From: Dehalococcoidia bacterium
GTDB lineage: Bacteria; Chloroflexota; Dehalococcoidia; UBA2979
Assembly: GCA_965262725.1 (NCBI GenBank)
Contig: OZ253555.1
Location: 544,001-608,000, forward strand
Direction of reading: 5' to 3'
DNA length: 64,000 bases
The position numbers were made by a program, and so were the translations under genes. Position 1 is the stretch's first letter. The number at the start of each line of letters is the position of its first letter. Shown in pieces: positions 18,584-28,753 of this stretch. The notes beneath the pieces are model-generated. The model ran no database searches. It saw nothing but the letters and a program-made list of their open reading frames with translations, and was not told where the DNA came from.

Positions 18584-19339
18584 ATGGCGAGCACCGAGCG
18601 TCCGGTACGCCGAGGTGTCGGTGACCGTCTCTACGAATTCACCGTCCAGAACCGCGTCTGGCGCTCGATCGTCCGCTCCGGTTACCCGAATACCCCCCGC
18701 AACCAGATGCTCGCGGTCGCGACGAACGTCTTCCTCCACCTCCACCCGACGCGCATCCACCGCACCCACGTCAAGATCACCCACACCTTCTGCCTCGGCG
18801 GCCTCTCCTTCTTCCTGTTTCTCGGGCTGACCGTCACCGGCGTGCTTCTGATGTTCTATTACGTGCCGTCCGTCGAGCGTGCCTACGAGGACATGCTGGC
18901 GCTCGAAACCGACGTGCGGTTCGGGCTGCTGATGCGCAACCTGCATCGCTGGATGGCGCACGGGATGGTCCTCACCGTGCTGATGCACATGATGCGCGTC
19001 TTCTACACCGGCGCGTACAAGCCCCCGCGGGAGTTCAACTGGGTCGTCGGCGTGGTCCTGCTCGTGCTGACGCTCCTGCTCTCCTTCACCGGCTACCTGC
19101 TGCCCTGGGACGAGCTCGCCTTCTGGGCGATCACCGTCGGCACCGACATGGTCGGCTCGGCGCCGATCTTCGGGCAGCCGAACCGCTTCGTTCTCATCGG
19201 CGGCTACGACGTCGGCGCGAACGCGCTTATCCGCTTCTACACGTTGCACGTGATCGGGCTGCCGCTCTTGGCCGCCATCTTCATGGCGGTGCATTTCTGG
19301 CGAATCCGCCGTGATGGCGGGCTCGCCCGGCCGCTGTAG
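18584..19339 (+). CDS. petB: cytochrome b6-type subunit (split cytochrome b, N-part)
   Basis: FCLGG (heme ci Cys position), [36 protein letters not shown]. Confidence 0.93.
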   Translation: MASTERPVRRGVGDRLYEFTVQNRVWRSIVRSGYPNTPRNQMLAVATNVFLHLHPTRIHRTHVKITHTFCLGGLSFFLFLGLTVTGVLLMFYYVPSVERAYEDMLALETDVRFGLLMRNLHRWMAHGMVLTVLMHMMRVFYTGAYKPPREFNWVVGVVLLVLTLLLSFTGYLLPWDELAFWAITVGTDMVGSAPIFGQPNRFVLIGGYDVGANALIRFYTLHVIGLPLLAAIFMAVHFWRIRRDGGLARPL

Positions 19340-19390
19340 CGAGCGGACGCGGGGCCCCGTCGACGGGCCCGGCACGGGAGGCAGGGACGC

Positions 19391-20278
19391 ATGGCGATGG
19401 CCAGAGGCGCACAGGCGGGGGTGGAGCCCGCGTCGCGCGCCGTCCGCGCCCGTCAGGTGCGACGCCGCGAGGAGGAGCTCCTCGTCTGGCCGGACCTCGT
19501 CTTCGTCGAGTTCATCGCCGCGGTCCTCTTCACGCTGACGCTCACGCTGCTCTCGATCCTCATCAACGCGCCGCTGCAGGACCGCGCGAACCCGGCGCAC
19601 ACGCCGAACCCGTCGAAGGCGCCGTGGTACTTCCTGAACCTGCAGGAGCTTTTGCTCCACATGCACCCGGCGCTCGCCGGCGTCGTCGTCCCGACGGTGG
19701 CGCTCGTGGTGCTCGGCGCGATCCCCTACTTCGACACCGACAACAGGAGCCAGGGCGAGTGGCTCACCACTCCCCGCGCATGGCCGAACCTCATCGTCGG
19801 CGCCGCCGTTGGCGTCATCGGGACGGCGCTCCTCATAGGCTGGGATTCCCAGCGCCACGTCCTCGCCTACGAGCGCTGGGTCGGGGAGTGGCCGCAGAGC
19901 CTCGAGTGGCTGCGCAGCGCCCGGGCGCTGCAAGGGGAGATCGCGGAGTGGCTGCCGAGCTCGTGGTCGAGCATCCCCCTGGGCGAGAAGGTGCTGCGCA
20001 CGGATCTGCTCGGGCTCCCGGCGATCGACCTCAACGTCAACCTCCCCGCTGTCCTGATCGAGCAGATGCTGCCCACCTCGCTGATGGTCGGGCTTCCGAT
20101 CCTGCTCTCGCTGGTCGCGTGGCGGATGGGGCTGGCCCACACGAAGCGCGACCACATGATCCTTCAGTTCTCGGGCTTCATCGCGGTCTTCATCGCTCTC
20201 ACGATCAGTGGGACGGCGCTCCGCGGCGAGGGCATGGAGCTCTTCTGGCCGTGGGAGGTCCGTCCCGCGGTGAGCTAG
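19391..20278 (+). CDS. petD: cytochrome b C-terminal subunit (subunit IV-like) with extra TM region
   Basis: ANP..TPNPSKAPWYFL (PEWY-equivalent), IPYFD, LRGEGM..FWPW. Confidence 0.85.
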   Translation: MAMARGAQAGVEPASRAVRARQVRRREEELLVWPDLVFVEFIAAVLFTLTLTLLSILINAPLQDRANPAHTPNPSKAPWYFLNLQELLLHMHPALAGVVVPTVALVVLGAIPYFDTDNRSQGEWLTTPRAWPNLIVGAAVGVIGTALLIGWDSQRHVLAYERWVGEWPQSLEWLRSARALQGEIAEWLPSSWSSIPLGEKVLRTDLLGLPAIDLNVNLPAVLIEQMLPTSLMVGLPILLSLVAWRMGLAHTKRDHMILQFSGFIAVFIALTISGTALRGEGMELFWPWEVRPAVS

Positions 20279-20343
20279 AGCGGCGGCGCGGGGCCCGTCC
20301 GGGTCGGCCCGCGGGGGCCACACAGGGGAAGCGAGCGGGCGTA

Positions 20344-21063
20344 GTGGCGAACGAGATCGAGAGCACCGGGTCGGCGCCGCCCTCCATCGGTGCCTCGCCG
20401 GCCGCGGGGTCGAGCGCCGACGCGTGGCGCGCGGCGCTCAGCGCACGCCGCACCGAGGTCGTCACCGACATCGTGGTGCCGACGGCGCAGGCGCACGCGC
20501 CGCCCGACGCGGAGGTCTCGAGGCGGCGCTTCATCCTCGGCGCGTTCTGGACGGGGCTCGGTGTGACCCTCGCCGGCTCGCTCGGCGTCTTCCTCGACTT
20601 CTTCTGGCCCCGCGGAATCGTGAAGTTCGGGGGGCCCTTCCCTGTCGGCAACGTGGCGGACTTCGAGCCGGGCGGCACCCCCGAGCTCATCGCCGCGGCA
20701 CAGACCTGGATCGTCAACCTCGATCCCGCCGATGCGCGCTACGGCGGATCGGACGGGGGCCAGGGCTACCTCGCGCTGTGGCGGAAGTGCCCGCACCTCG
20801 GCTGCTCGGTGCCGTGGAACCCCTCCTTCAACTTCGAGGGGCAGGTCGGCTGGTTCCGCTGTCCCTGCCACGGTTCGACCTACACCAAGGCCGGCATCCG
20901 CGTCTTCGGTCCGGCGCCGCGCTCGATGGACACCTTCGATCTCACCGTGGATGACGCCGGCAACCTCACCGTGCACACGGATCGCGTCATGTCGGGTGGC
21001 CCGGACAACGCCGACCGCGCCCGGACCGTCGAGCAGCTGCGCGAGGCAGCGGCCTCCGGATGA
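20344..21063 (+). CDS. petC: Rieske [2Fe-2S] subunit
   Basis: Tat motif SRRRFI plus TM; CPHLGC and CPCHGS; GPAPR. Confidence 0.93.
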   Translation: MANEIESTGSAPPSIGASPAAGSSADAWRAALSARRTEVVTDIVVPTAQAHAPPDAEVSRRRFILGAFWTGLGVTLAGSLGVFLDFFWPRGIVKFGGPFPVGNVADFEPGGTPELIAAAQTWIVNLDPADARYGGSDGGQGYLALWRKCPHLGCSVPWNPSFNFEGQVGWFRCPCHGSTYTKAGIRVFGPAPRSMDTFDLTVDDAGNLTVHTDRVMSGGPDNADRARTVEQLREAAASG

Positions 21064-21992
21064 ACACCAGCAAGCAAGTCAACGTCATGATCGGCCTCCT
21101 CTTCCTGACGGTGGCCGTGCTCTTCCTCTACTTCCTCGACGAGGGAAACCGGCAGGCGCACGCGCTGGAGGAGCAGACCGAGCGCGTCGCCGAGCGCGGC
21201 GCCCGGCTCTTCGCCGACAACTGCCGCAGCTGCCACGGACTGGAGGGCGAGGGCGGCATCGGCCAGGCGCTCAACCGCCCGGCGTTCCTCATCCTCGGCG
21301 AGGACAACGAGTTCGGGGCACCGGCGACTCCGGGTCTCGGGACGCCGGACGACCCGGGTGCCAACGAGATCGTCGCCTTCCTCGGCGACACGATTAGCTG
21401 CGGCCGCGCCGGCACCTTCATGCCGTCGTGGTCGGAAGAGTTCGGCGGCACGCTCTCCGACACGCAGATCGCCCAACTCGTAACTCTCATCACCACCGGT
21501 CGCTGGGATCTGGTGCGGAAGGCGGGCGCGGAGAGCGATGAGCAGACGGGCCTCACCCTCGAGGAGATCGTCTTCGTGGGCTCCGACGGCCTTCAGCTCA
21601 CCGGCGAGAACTGCGGCCAGTACAATGCGATCCAGGCGCTGCGCTACCGCAACCGCACCGACCCGCGCACCGTGCGGGAGGTGGCGGTTCCCGGCGCGGA
21701 GGCGCCCCCGGCGCCCTCGGGTGGGGAGCCCGCCGGGCCGTCGATCCAGGGCGTGGCGGTGGGCGTCTTCTTCGGGGCGACGTGCGCCACCTGTCACGGC
21801 GCCGACCGCGGCGGCCTCCCGGATCTCGGTCTGGCGCTCTTGCCGGACGTGCTGACGGAGTCCGACGATTTCTACTTCGATACCATCAAGAATGGTCGCG
21901 AGGGCACGGTGATGCCGGCGTGGGGCCAGCAGGGTCTGACCGACGACGACATCCGGTTGCTGGTGGACTTCATCCGGAGCACACCGCCGTAG
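21060..21992 (+). CDS. membrane-anchored di-heme cytochrome c
   Basis: N-terminal TM; CRSCH and CATCH; MP.W distal Met motifs. Confidence 0.9.
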   Translation: MNTSKQVNVMIGLLFLTVAVLFLYFLDEGNRQAHALEEQTERVAERGARLFADNCRSCHGLEGEGGIGQALNRPAFLILGEDNEFGAPATPGLGTPDDPGANEIVAFLGDTISCGRAGTFMPSWSEEFGGTLSDTQIAQLVTLITTGRWDLVRKAGAESDEQTGLTLEEIVFVGSDGLQLTGENCGQYNAIQALRYRNRTDPRTVREVAVPGAEAPPAPSGGEPAGPSIQGVAVGVFFGATCATCHGADRGGLPDLGLALLPDVLTESDDFYFDTIKNGREGTVMPAWGQQGLTDDDIRLLVDFIRSTPP

Positions 21993-22064
21993 CGATGGGG
22001 ACACCACGCGGTGGCGGACGGGCGCTCGCGCTCCTCCGTGCGGCGTGGCGAGGGGAGAAGGAAG

Positions 22065-22184
22065 ATGGCAGCCGAGACGGGGAAGCGCTACCGCTGCACG
22101 ACCTGCGGGGCGGAGTTCATCGTCACGCGGGGCTCTGCAGAGGGAGAGCTGCGCTGCGGCGGGGAGCCGCTGGAGCAGATCTAG
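22065..22184 (+). CDS. 39-aa desulforedoxin-like microprotein
   Basis: MAAETGKRYRCTTCGAEFIVTRGSAEGELRCGGEPLEQI*; purine-rich RBS. Confidence 0.75.
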   Translation: MAAETGKRYRCTTCGAEFIVTRGSAEGELRCGGEPLEQI

Positions 22185-22202
22185 CGCGGCGGGAGGAACA
22201 TA

Positions 22203-22346
22203 ATGGCGGTACAGCTGGGGAAGCGTTACCAGGACGAGTCGACCGGTATCGAGGTGCTCTGCATCAAGCCGGGCGAGTGCAATCTGAACGTCGATGGGCG
22301 CGGCATGGAGGAGCTCCAGCCGAAGGTCCTGCCTTCGGCGGACTAG
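22203..22346 (+). CDS. 47-aa paralogous microprotein
   Basis: MAVQLGKRYQDESTGIEVLCIKPGECNLNVDGRGMEELQPKVLPSAD*; GGGAGG RBS. Confidence 0.78.
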   Translation: MAVQLGKRYQDESTGIEVLCIKPGECNLNVDGRGMEELQPKVLPSAD

Positions 22347-22365
22347 GACCGCGGGCCGGCGTCGA

Positions 22366-22395
22366 TTGACGGTCCAAAACGGCCCGGCCTACGCT
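22366..22395 (+). promoter_or_regulatory. putative sigma70 promoter for rpsU
   Basis: TTGACG-18 bp-TACGCT. Confidence 0.5.
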
Positions 22396-22445
22396 CGACG
22401 CGCGGTGAGGGGCGGCCGAGAGCCGCGCGAAGGGTGGCGAAACAC

Positions 22446-22658
22446 GTGGCGGAAGTGCAGGTTGGCGAGTCCGAGCCGCTGGACATCGCGCTCAAGCGCT
22501 TCAACAAGCGCGTGCAGGCGGACGGTATCCTGACCGACGCGAGGCGGCACGAGTACTACGAGAAGCCCTCCGAGCGGCGCAAGAAGAAGGAAGCGGCGAG
22601 GCGCCGCAAGCTGCGCAAGCTCCTGAGGCGAAAGAGCGACACCGAACTGCGGAACTAG
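22446..22658 (+). CDS. rpsU: 30S ribosomal protein S21
   Basis: ALKRF...V...GIL...RRHEYYEKPS.RRK.K. Confidence 0.95.
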   Translation: MAEVQVGESEPLDIALKRFNKRVQADGILTDARRHEYYEKPSERRKKKEAARRRKLRKLLRRKSDTELRN

Positions 22659-22703
22659 GCGTCGAGCCCCGGAGCGATCCGGGGCTTCGGTGACCGGGGG
22701 CGC

Positions 22704-23153
22704 ATGGCGCTGACCAGCGACGTCCGGCAGGAGATGACCGCCGCGATGCGCGCCGGCGACGCGACGCGACGCGACGCGCTGCGCCTTCTGATCGCCGCCT
22801 TCCAGAACGCGCGCATCGCCGCCGGCCACGAGCTCGCCGACAACGAGGCGACGCGCGTCCTCCAGCGCGAGGCGAAGCAGCGTCGCGAGTCCATCGCCGA
22901 GTACGAGCGGGCCCGGCGCGAGGACCTCGCCCAGCGCGAGCGGGACGAGCTCGCCATCATCGAGGGCTTCCTCCCGGCGCCGCTCAGCGAGGAGCAGCTC
23001 ATCGAGCTGGCGCGCATGGTCGTCGCCGAGGTCGGCGCGTCGGGTTCCGGCGATCTCGGCCTGGTGATGCGCCCGCTCGTGGAGCGCGTCGCCGGGCGTG
23101 CCGACGGCCGGCGCGTGAACGAGATCGTGCGGGAGCTGCTCGGCGGCGCCTGA
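22704..23153 (+). CDS. GatB/YqeY domain protein
   Basis: AMRAGD..RRDALR, KQRRESI..Y, G.VM, GRADG..V. Confidence 0.92.
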   Translation: MALTSDVRQEMTAAMRAGDATRRDALRLLIAAFQNARIAAGHELADNEATRVLQREAKQRRESIAEYERARREDLAQRERDELAIIEGFLPAPLSEEQLIELARMVVAEVGASGSGDLGLVMRPLVERVAGRADGRRVNEIVRELLGGA

Positions 23154-23223
23154 TGCATCCGGCAAGCCGCCCGGCTCGCCGCCGCTCCCCGGTTCCCTCG
23201 GGCGAGCGGCGGGCCCACCTCCG

Positions 23224-25407
23224 GTGAGTTCGCGGCGCGCCTTCACGGGGCGTCGCGTCGTGGTGCTCGGCGCCGTGCTCGCCGCAGCGCTGGTCGCCGC
23301 GCTCTTCCCCTGGTTCCCCGGGAGCGAGGAGTCGGGCGAGGGCAGCGTCGCCCGGCGCACGATCACCGCGCCGCGGGCGGCCAGCTACGAGTCGGCGGTT
23401 CTGACGGAGGCGCTGCGCCAGGAGGCCGCCTCAGCCGTCCCCGAGGTCTACGTGCTCGACCCCGGCGTGCGCGACACGCAGCTGCGCTCGCTCGATCGCC
23501 AGCTCGCGATGATCGACGCGGTGCGGCGCGACCAGTCGGTGTCGGCCTCCGCCCGCGAATCCGCGATCCGCGCGATCGACGGCGTGGACCTCGCTCCCCT
23601 GGCCACCGCGGCGCTCGGCGCGGCCGACGACGCCAACTGGCGGGACCTCGCCGCCGAGGCGCGCAACGCTCTCGGCCGAGCGCTGACCGGAGCCGTCTCC
23701 GCCGACGACCTGCCGAGCGCGCGGGAGCGGAGCGCGGGCTTCCTCTCGCCCCGGCTCACCCAGGGACAGACGCTCGCCCTCACCCAGCTGCTCGACCCCC
23801 TGGTGGTTGCCACGCTCGTGGTCGACCGCGAGCGCACCGACTTCGTCCGCGAGGAGGCGCGCGCGGCGCAGCTCCCGGTGGAAGTCGTCGTGCAGCCGGG
23901 CGACCCCGTGGTGACCCGCGATGAGCCGATCACCGCGTCGCAGGCCGAGGCGCTCGCGATGCTCGATCTCGTCTCCCCGGACGTGCGTCCCCGGTCGGTC
24001 GTCGCGACCGTGCTCGTCGCGCTCCTCGCCTCGGCTGCCCTCGGCGGCTACCTCTTCGTGGAGCAGCCGGCGAGCGCGGTCGGCGCCCGCCGGCTCATCC
24101 TGCTGGGACTCCTCCTGATCGTGCCCGCGATCGTGGTCAAGTTCGGACTCCCGCTGACCCTCCCCGACGACGAGCGGCGCTTCCTGGTGCATGCGCTGCC
24201 GCTTGCGGCGACGCCGATCGCGGCGGCCGTGCTGCTCGACGTCCCGATCGCCGTGCTGCTCGCGGCGCTGGTGGCCGCGATCGCCTCGTTCGTCGCGCTG
24301 GAGGTTCCCGGCACCGTCGGCGTCGGCGTGGAGACCCCGACCGAGGCGGTGCGGCTCGCGTTCGTCGTGCTCGCCGCCTCGCTCGGCGGCATCCTCCCGG
24401 CCGCGCGCGCGGAGCGACAGCAGCGCTACCTGATGGCGGGGATCGGGGCAGCCGCTGCGGGCGCTGCCGCCGCGCTCGCCACGTGGATGCTGGACGCGGA
24501 GCGCTCCGGCATCGATCTCCTCTGGATCGCGGCCACGACGACCGTGGGCGGCTTCCTGGCCGCGATGATCGCGGTCGGCGCCTTCGTCGTCTTCTCGCGC
24601 CCGTTCGGCATCATCACGCGCGTCGAGCTGATGGAGCTGGCGCAGCTCAACCACCCGCTGCTCCGGCGCCTGCAGGACGAGGCGCCGGGCACCTTCCAGC
24701 ACGCGGTGCTCGTCGGCAATCTCGCCGAGCGCGCCGCCGATCGTATCGGCGCGAACCCGCTCGTCGCCCGTGTCGGCGCCTACTACCACGACGTCGGGAA
24801 GCTGGTCGCGCCCTCCTTCTTCGTCGAGAACCAGACCGGGGAGAGCCCGCACGGGGGACTCGATCCCCTGCAGAGCACCCGCGTCATCCAGCAGCACGTG
24901 ACGGCCGGGGTGGAGATCGCGCGCAAGAGCGGGCTCCCGGAGGCGATCGTGCAGTTCATCCCGCAGCACCACGGGACGCTGCTGGTCGCCTTCTTCTACC
25001 GCCGCGCCGCCGAGCAGAACCCGAGCATCGACCCCGAGCTCTTCCGCTACCCTGGCCCGCGCCCCCGCACGCGCGAGGCGGCGCTCGTGATGCTCGCGGA
25101 CGGCTGCGAGGCCTCGGTCCGGGCGAGCGCCGACCGCTCCCCCGACCGGATCCGCACCATCGTCGAGGGGGTGATACGCGAGCGCATCGAGGAGCGGCAG
25201 TTCGACGACTGCCCGATCTCGCTGCGGGATCTCCGGGTCACCTCCGACTCGTTCGTCTCGGCGCTCGCGGCGGTCTTCCACCCGCGCGTCGAGTACCCCG
25301 AGCCCACCGAGCGCGAGCGCGCGGAGCGCCGCGGCGCCGCGGAGGCGAACGGGAGCGACGGCGTACCCGGGAGGGCCGACGGCGCCGCCGGGCCGACGCG
25401 TCGCTAG
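23224..25407 (+). CDS. 7TM-HD (HDIG) phosphohydrolase, PgpH-like
   Basis: Extracellular domain plus TM region; EAPGTFQH, YYHDVGK, QHHGT, YPGPRP, MLAD. Confidence 0.9.
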   Translation: MSSRRAFTGRRVVVLGAVLAAALVAALFPWFPGSEESGEGSVARRTITAPRAASYESAVLTEALRQEAASAVPEVYVLDPGVRDTQLRSLDRQLAMIDAVRRDQSVSASARESAIRAIDGVDLAPLATAALGAADDANWRDLAAEARNALGRALTGAVSADDLPSARERSAGFLSPRLTQGQTLALTQLLDPLVVATLVVDRERTDFVREEARAAQLPVEVVVQPGDPVVTRDEPITASQAEALAMLDLVSPDVRPRSVVATVLVALLASAALGGYLFVEQPASAVGARRLILLGLLLIVPAIVVKFGLPLTLPDDERRFLVHALPLAATPIAAAVLLDVPIAVLLAALVAAIASFVALEVPGTVGVGVETPTEAVRLAFVVLAASLGGILPAARAERQQRYLMAGIGAAAAGAAAALATWMLDAERSGIDLLWIAATTTVGGFLAAMIAVGAFVVFSRPFGIITRVELMELAQLNHPLLRRLQDEAPGTFQHAVLVGNLAERAADRIGANPLVARVGAYYHDVGKLVAPSFFVENQTGESPHGGLDPLQSTRVIQQHVTAGVEIARKSGLPEAIVQFIPQHHGTLLVAFFYRRAAEQNPSIDPELFRYPGPRPRTREAALVMLADGCEASVRASADRSPDRIRTIVEGVIRERIEERQFDDCPISLRDLRVTSDSFVSALAAVFHPRVEYPEPTERERAERRGAAEANGSDGVPGRADGAAGPTRR

Positions 25408-25508
25408 GCCCACGGGGGCGGGCTGGTACTGGCGCCCCTCGATATGATCGCTCCCGGCCCGGGCGGCGGCCGGCGTCGGGCCGGGGCGGGCTGTGGGCAG
25501 GAGTCCTC

Positions 25509-26222
25509 GTGCGAGCCGCGGTCGTGGTCTTCCCCGGCACGTGGAGCGACCGCGATTGCGTCCACGCCCTCGCAACGGTCGGGATCGAGTCCCGCCGCCT
25601 CTGGCACCGGGAGACGGGCATCGACGCAGACGAGCTCGTCGTGCTTCCGGGCGGCTTCTCCTACGGCGACTACCTGCGCTGCGGGGCGATCGCACGCTTC
25701 TCGCCGGTGATGGCGGCCGTGCGACGGCACGCCGATGCGGGCGGCCTCGTCATCGGCATCTGCAACGGGTTCCAGGTGCTCTGCGAGGCCGGGATGCTGC
25801 CCGGCGCGCTGATGCGCAACGATTCGCTCCGCTTCCGCTGCGAGGAGGTCCACCTGGCGCCCGCGAGCGACCGCTCGCCCTTCACGCGGGTCCTCGACCC
25901 GCAGCGGCCGCTGCGCATGCCGATCTCCCACGGCGAGGGCAACTACTACGCCGACGCCGCGACTCTCGATCGGCTGGAGGCGGAGGAGCGCGTCGCCTTC
26001 CGCTACGTCGACTCAGGGGGGTGCGCGACGCCTCAGGCGAACCCCAACGGCTCGCTCCGCAACATCGCCGGCGTGCTGAACGAGGGCGGCAACGTGCTCG
26101 GGATGATGCCCCACCCGGAGCGCGCCTGCGAGGCGCTGCTCGGCGGGGACGACGGGAACGCGATCTGGCGCTCGCTGCTCGCCGCGCCGGCTGCCCGCGC
26201 GCCCGGGGCGGCCGCGACGTGA
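25509..26222 (+). CDS. purQ: FGAM synthase glutaminase subunit
   Basis: FPG, PGGFSYGDYLR, GICNGFQ, HGEG, GMMPHPER. Confidence 0.96.
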   Translation: MRAAVVVFPGTWSDRDCVHALATVGIESRRLWHRETGIDADELVVLPGGFSYGDYLRCGAIARFSPVMAAVRRHADAGGLVIGICNGFQVLCEAGMLPGALMRNDSLRFRCEEVHLAPASDRSPFTRVLDPQRPLRMPISHGEGNYYADAATLDRLEAEERVAFRYVDSGGCATPQANPNGSLRNIAGVLNEGGNVLGMMPHPERACEALLGGDDGNAIWRSLLAAPAARAPGAAAT

Positions 26223-26271
26223 GGGCGGGCGGGCGGCGTACCGCGGTCCCGTCCCCGCGCGGGAACGGCCG

Positions 26272-28581
26272 ATGAGCGAGGACGTCGCGCCCGCCGGGGG
26301 CCCTGCCGCCGTCACCGAGGCGACGCTTCAGCGCATCGCGATGTCGCGTTCCGAGTACGAGCGGCTCCTGCTGCTGCTCGACCGCGACCCCTCGCCCGTC
26401 GAGCTCGGGATGGTCGCCGCGCTCTGGTCGGAGCACTGCGGCTACAAGCACTCGCGCTCGCTCTTCCACCACTTCCCGACGGAGGGGCCGCGGGTGCTCA
26501 CCCGCGCCGGCGAGGAGAACGCCGGCGCGATCGATCTCGGCGACGGCTGGGTCGCCGTCTTCAAGATGGAGTCGCACAACCACCCCTCGGCGATCGAGCC
26601 CTACCAGGGCGCGGCGACCGGGGTCGGGGGCATCCTGCGCGACATCTTCGCGATGGGGATGCGCCCGGTCGCCCTGCTCGACTCGCTCCGCTTCGGGGAG
26701 CTCGGCGACCCCAGAAACCGCCACCTCTTCCGGGGCGTCGTCGCAGGCGTCGGTGGATACGGCAACTGCATCGGCGTCCCGACCGTCGGCGGCGAGGTGC
26801 AGTTCGATCCCGGCTACGACGGGAACCCCTTGGTCAACGTGATGTGCGTCGGCGTGGGCCGCAGGGAGCAGCTGCTCTCCGCCTCGGCGAAGGGCGTCGG
26901 GAACCCGCTCGTGCTGGTCGGCGCCGACACCGGCCGCGACGGCATCCACGGCGCGACCTTCGCCTCGGTCGAGCTGGACGAGGACGCAGGCGCCCAGCGC
27001 CCGGCGGTCCAGGTCGGCAACCCCTTCATGGAGAAGCTCTTGATGGAGGCGTGCGTCGAGCTCGCCGAGCGGCACCCCGAGTGGATCGAGGGACTGCAGG
27101 ACCTCGGCGCCGCCGGCCTCACCTCGAGCAGCGTCGAAGCGGCCGCGCGCGCCGGCACCGGGATCACGATCGACGTGGACCGCGTCCCGCGCCGCGAGCG
27201 GGGGATGAGCGCCTACGAGGTGATGCTCTCCGAGTCACAGGAGCGGATGCTCGTCATCCCGAAACGGGAGCACCTCGACGACGTGCTGGCCCTGATGCGC
27301 CGGTGGGAACTGCGCGCCGACGTGATCGGCGAGGTGACCGCCGACGGGAGCGCCACGGTCTACGGCGCGGGCGGCACCGAGGCGCGGCTCCCGGTCGGCG
27401 TGCTGACCGACGCGCCGCTCTACCCGCCCGAGGCGCGGCGCCCCTCCGATCTCGACCGGCTGTGGGACGAGGACCTCGGGGCTCTCCCCGACGTGCCGGC
27501 ATCCGGTGACGCGGTCGAGACGCTGCTCGCCCTCCTCGCCTCGCCGAACATCGCGAGCAGGAGCTGGATCTACCGCCAGTACGACCACCAGGTGCTCAAC
27601 GGCACCGTCGTGCTCCCCGGCGGCGACGCCGCCGTGATCCGCGTCCCGGGCATGCGCGCCGGGCTCGCCGTGGCGACCGACTGCAACGCGCGCTTCGTGG
27701 CGCTCGATCCGCGCACCGGCGCCCAGATGGCCGTCGCCGAGGCCGCGCGCAACGTCGTCGCCACGGGCGCCGAGCCCGTCGCCCTCACCGATTGCCTGAA
27801 CTTCGGCAACCCGGAGCGCCCCGAGGTGGCGTATCAGCTCGAGCAGTCGGTGATCGGGCTCTCGGAGGCGGCGCGCGCGCTCGGGACGCCGGTCGTCTCC
27901 GGCAACGCCTCCCTCTACAACGAGACGCCGCAGGGAGGCGTGCCGCCGACGCCGACTATAGGGATGCTCGGGCTGCTCCCGGACGTCGAGCGCCACCTCA
28001 CGATCGCCCCCCGAGTCGGCGACACGCTCGTGCTCGTCGGTGCGCCGCTTCGGCAGGAGGCGGCGACGCTGGCCGGAAGCGAGTACCTCGTGCGTGTGCA
28101 CGGACGCCTCTCGGGGCGCCCGCGGATCGACCTCGAGCACGAGCGCTCCGTGCAGCGCCTGGTGCTCGACGCGCACGAGCGGGGCCTCCTCACGGCGGCG
28201 CACGACCTCTCCGAGGGCGGCCTCGCCGTCGCGCTCGCCGAGTGTCTCCTCGCGGCGGGCTCGGGCCCCGCGGCGCCGGGAGCCGGCCTCGTACGCGCTC
28301 CCGGCACCGACCTCGGCGTTCGGCTCGACGCCGCGCTCTTCGGGGAGGCGCCCTCGCGCCTCCTCGTCGGCGTCGCGGACGGTGAGGCGCTCGCCGCGCT
28401 CCTCGATCTCGCCCGGGTGGCCGGCGTTCCCGCCGCTCCCCTCGGTGAGGTCGTGGCCGAGGAGGAGCCGCGGCTCCGGATCGGCCCGCTCGACGTCTCG
28501 TGCGCCTCGCTCCGCGACGCCTACGAGGGCGGCCTGCCGCGTGCGCTCGGCGAGGAGGGGCCGGGCGGCCCGTCCGGGTAG
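26272..28581 (+). CDS. purL: FGAM synthase synthetase subunit
   Basis: WSEHCGYK, ESHNHPS, TGRDGIHGATFAS, SESQERM, NFGNPE, HDLSEGG. Confidence 0.96.
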   Translation: MSEDVAPAGGPAAVTEATLQRIAMSRSEYERLLLLLDRDPSPVELGMVAALWSEHCGYKHSRSLFHHFPTEGPRVLTRAGEENAGAIDLGDGWVAVFKMESHNHPSAIEPYQGAATGVGGILRDIFAMGMRPVALLDSLRFGELGDPRNRHLFRGVVAGVGGYGNCIGVPTVGGEVQFDPGYDGNPLVNVMCVGVGRREQLLSASAKGVGNPLVLVGADTGRDGIHGATFASVELDEDAGAQRPAVQVGNPFMEKLLMEACVELAERHPEWIEGLQDLGAAGLTSSSVEAAARAGTGITIDVDRVPRRERGMSAYEVMLSESQERMLVIPKREHLDDVLALMRRWELRADVIGEVTADGSATVYGAGGTEARLPVGVLTDAPLYPPEARRPSDLDRLWDEDLGALPDVPASGDAVETLLALLASPNIASRSWIYRQYDHQVLNGTVVLPGGDAAVIRVPGMRAGLAVATDCNARFVALDPRTGAQMAVAEAARNVVATGAEPVALTDCLNFGNPERPEVAYQLEQSVIGLSEAARALGTPVVSGNASLYNETPQGGVPPTPTIGMLGLLPDVERHLTIAPRVGDTLVLVGAPLRQEAATLAGSEYLVRVHGRLSGRPRIDLEHERSVQRLVLDAHERGLLTAAHDLSEGGLAVALAECLLAAGSGPAAPGAGLVRAPGTDLGVRLDAALFGEAPSRLLVGVADGEALAALLDLARVAGVPAAPLGEVVAEEEPRLRIGPLDVSCASLRDAYEGGLPRALGEEGPGGPSG

Positions 28582-28753
28582 GGGACGCGGCGCTGGGGCG
28601 CGCGGGGGCGGGGTCACCGCCGCCGCTGGCCGGGCGCCGGTCATCTGGCGAACGCGGAGCCGTCCCCGAACATCGGCACGGCGACCCGCGCGGCACCTGG
28701 TCCTCGGGGATCGGTCGGTGCGCCTCCCCGTGTCGCGGCGATCGGGCCCCCGG

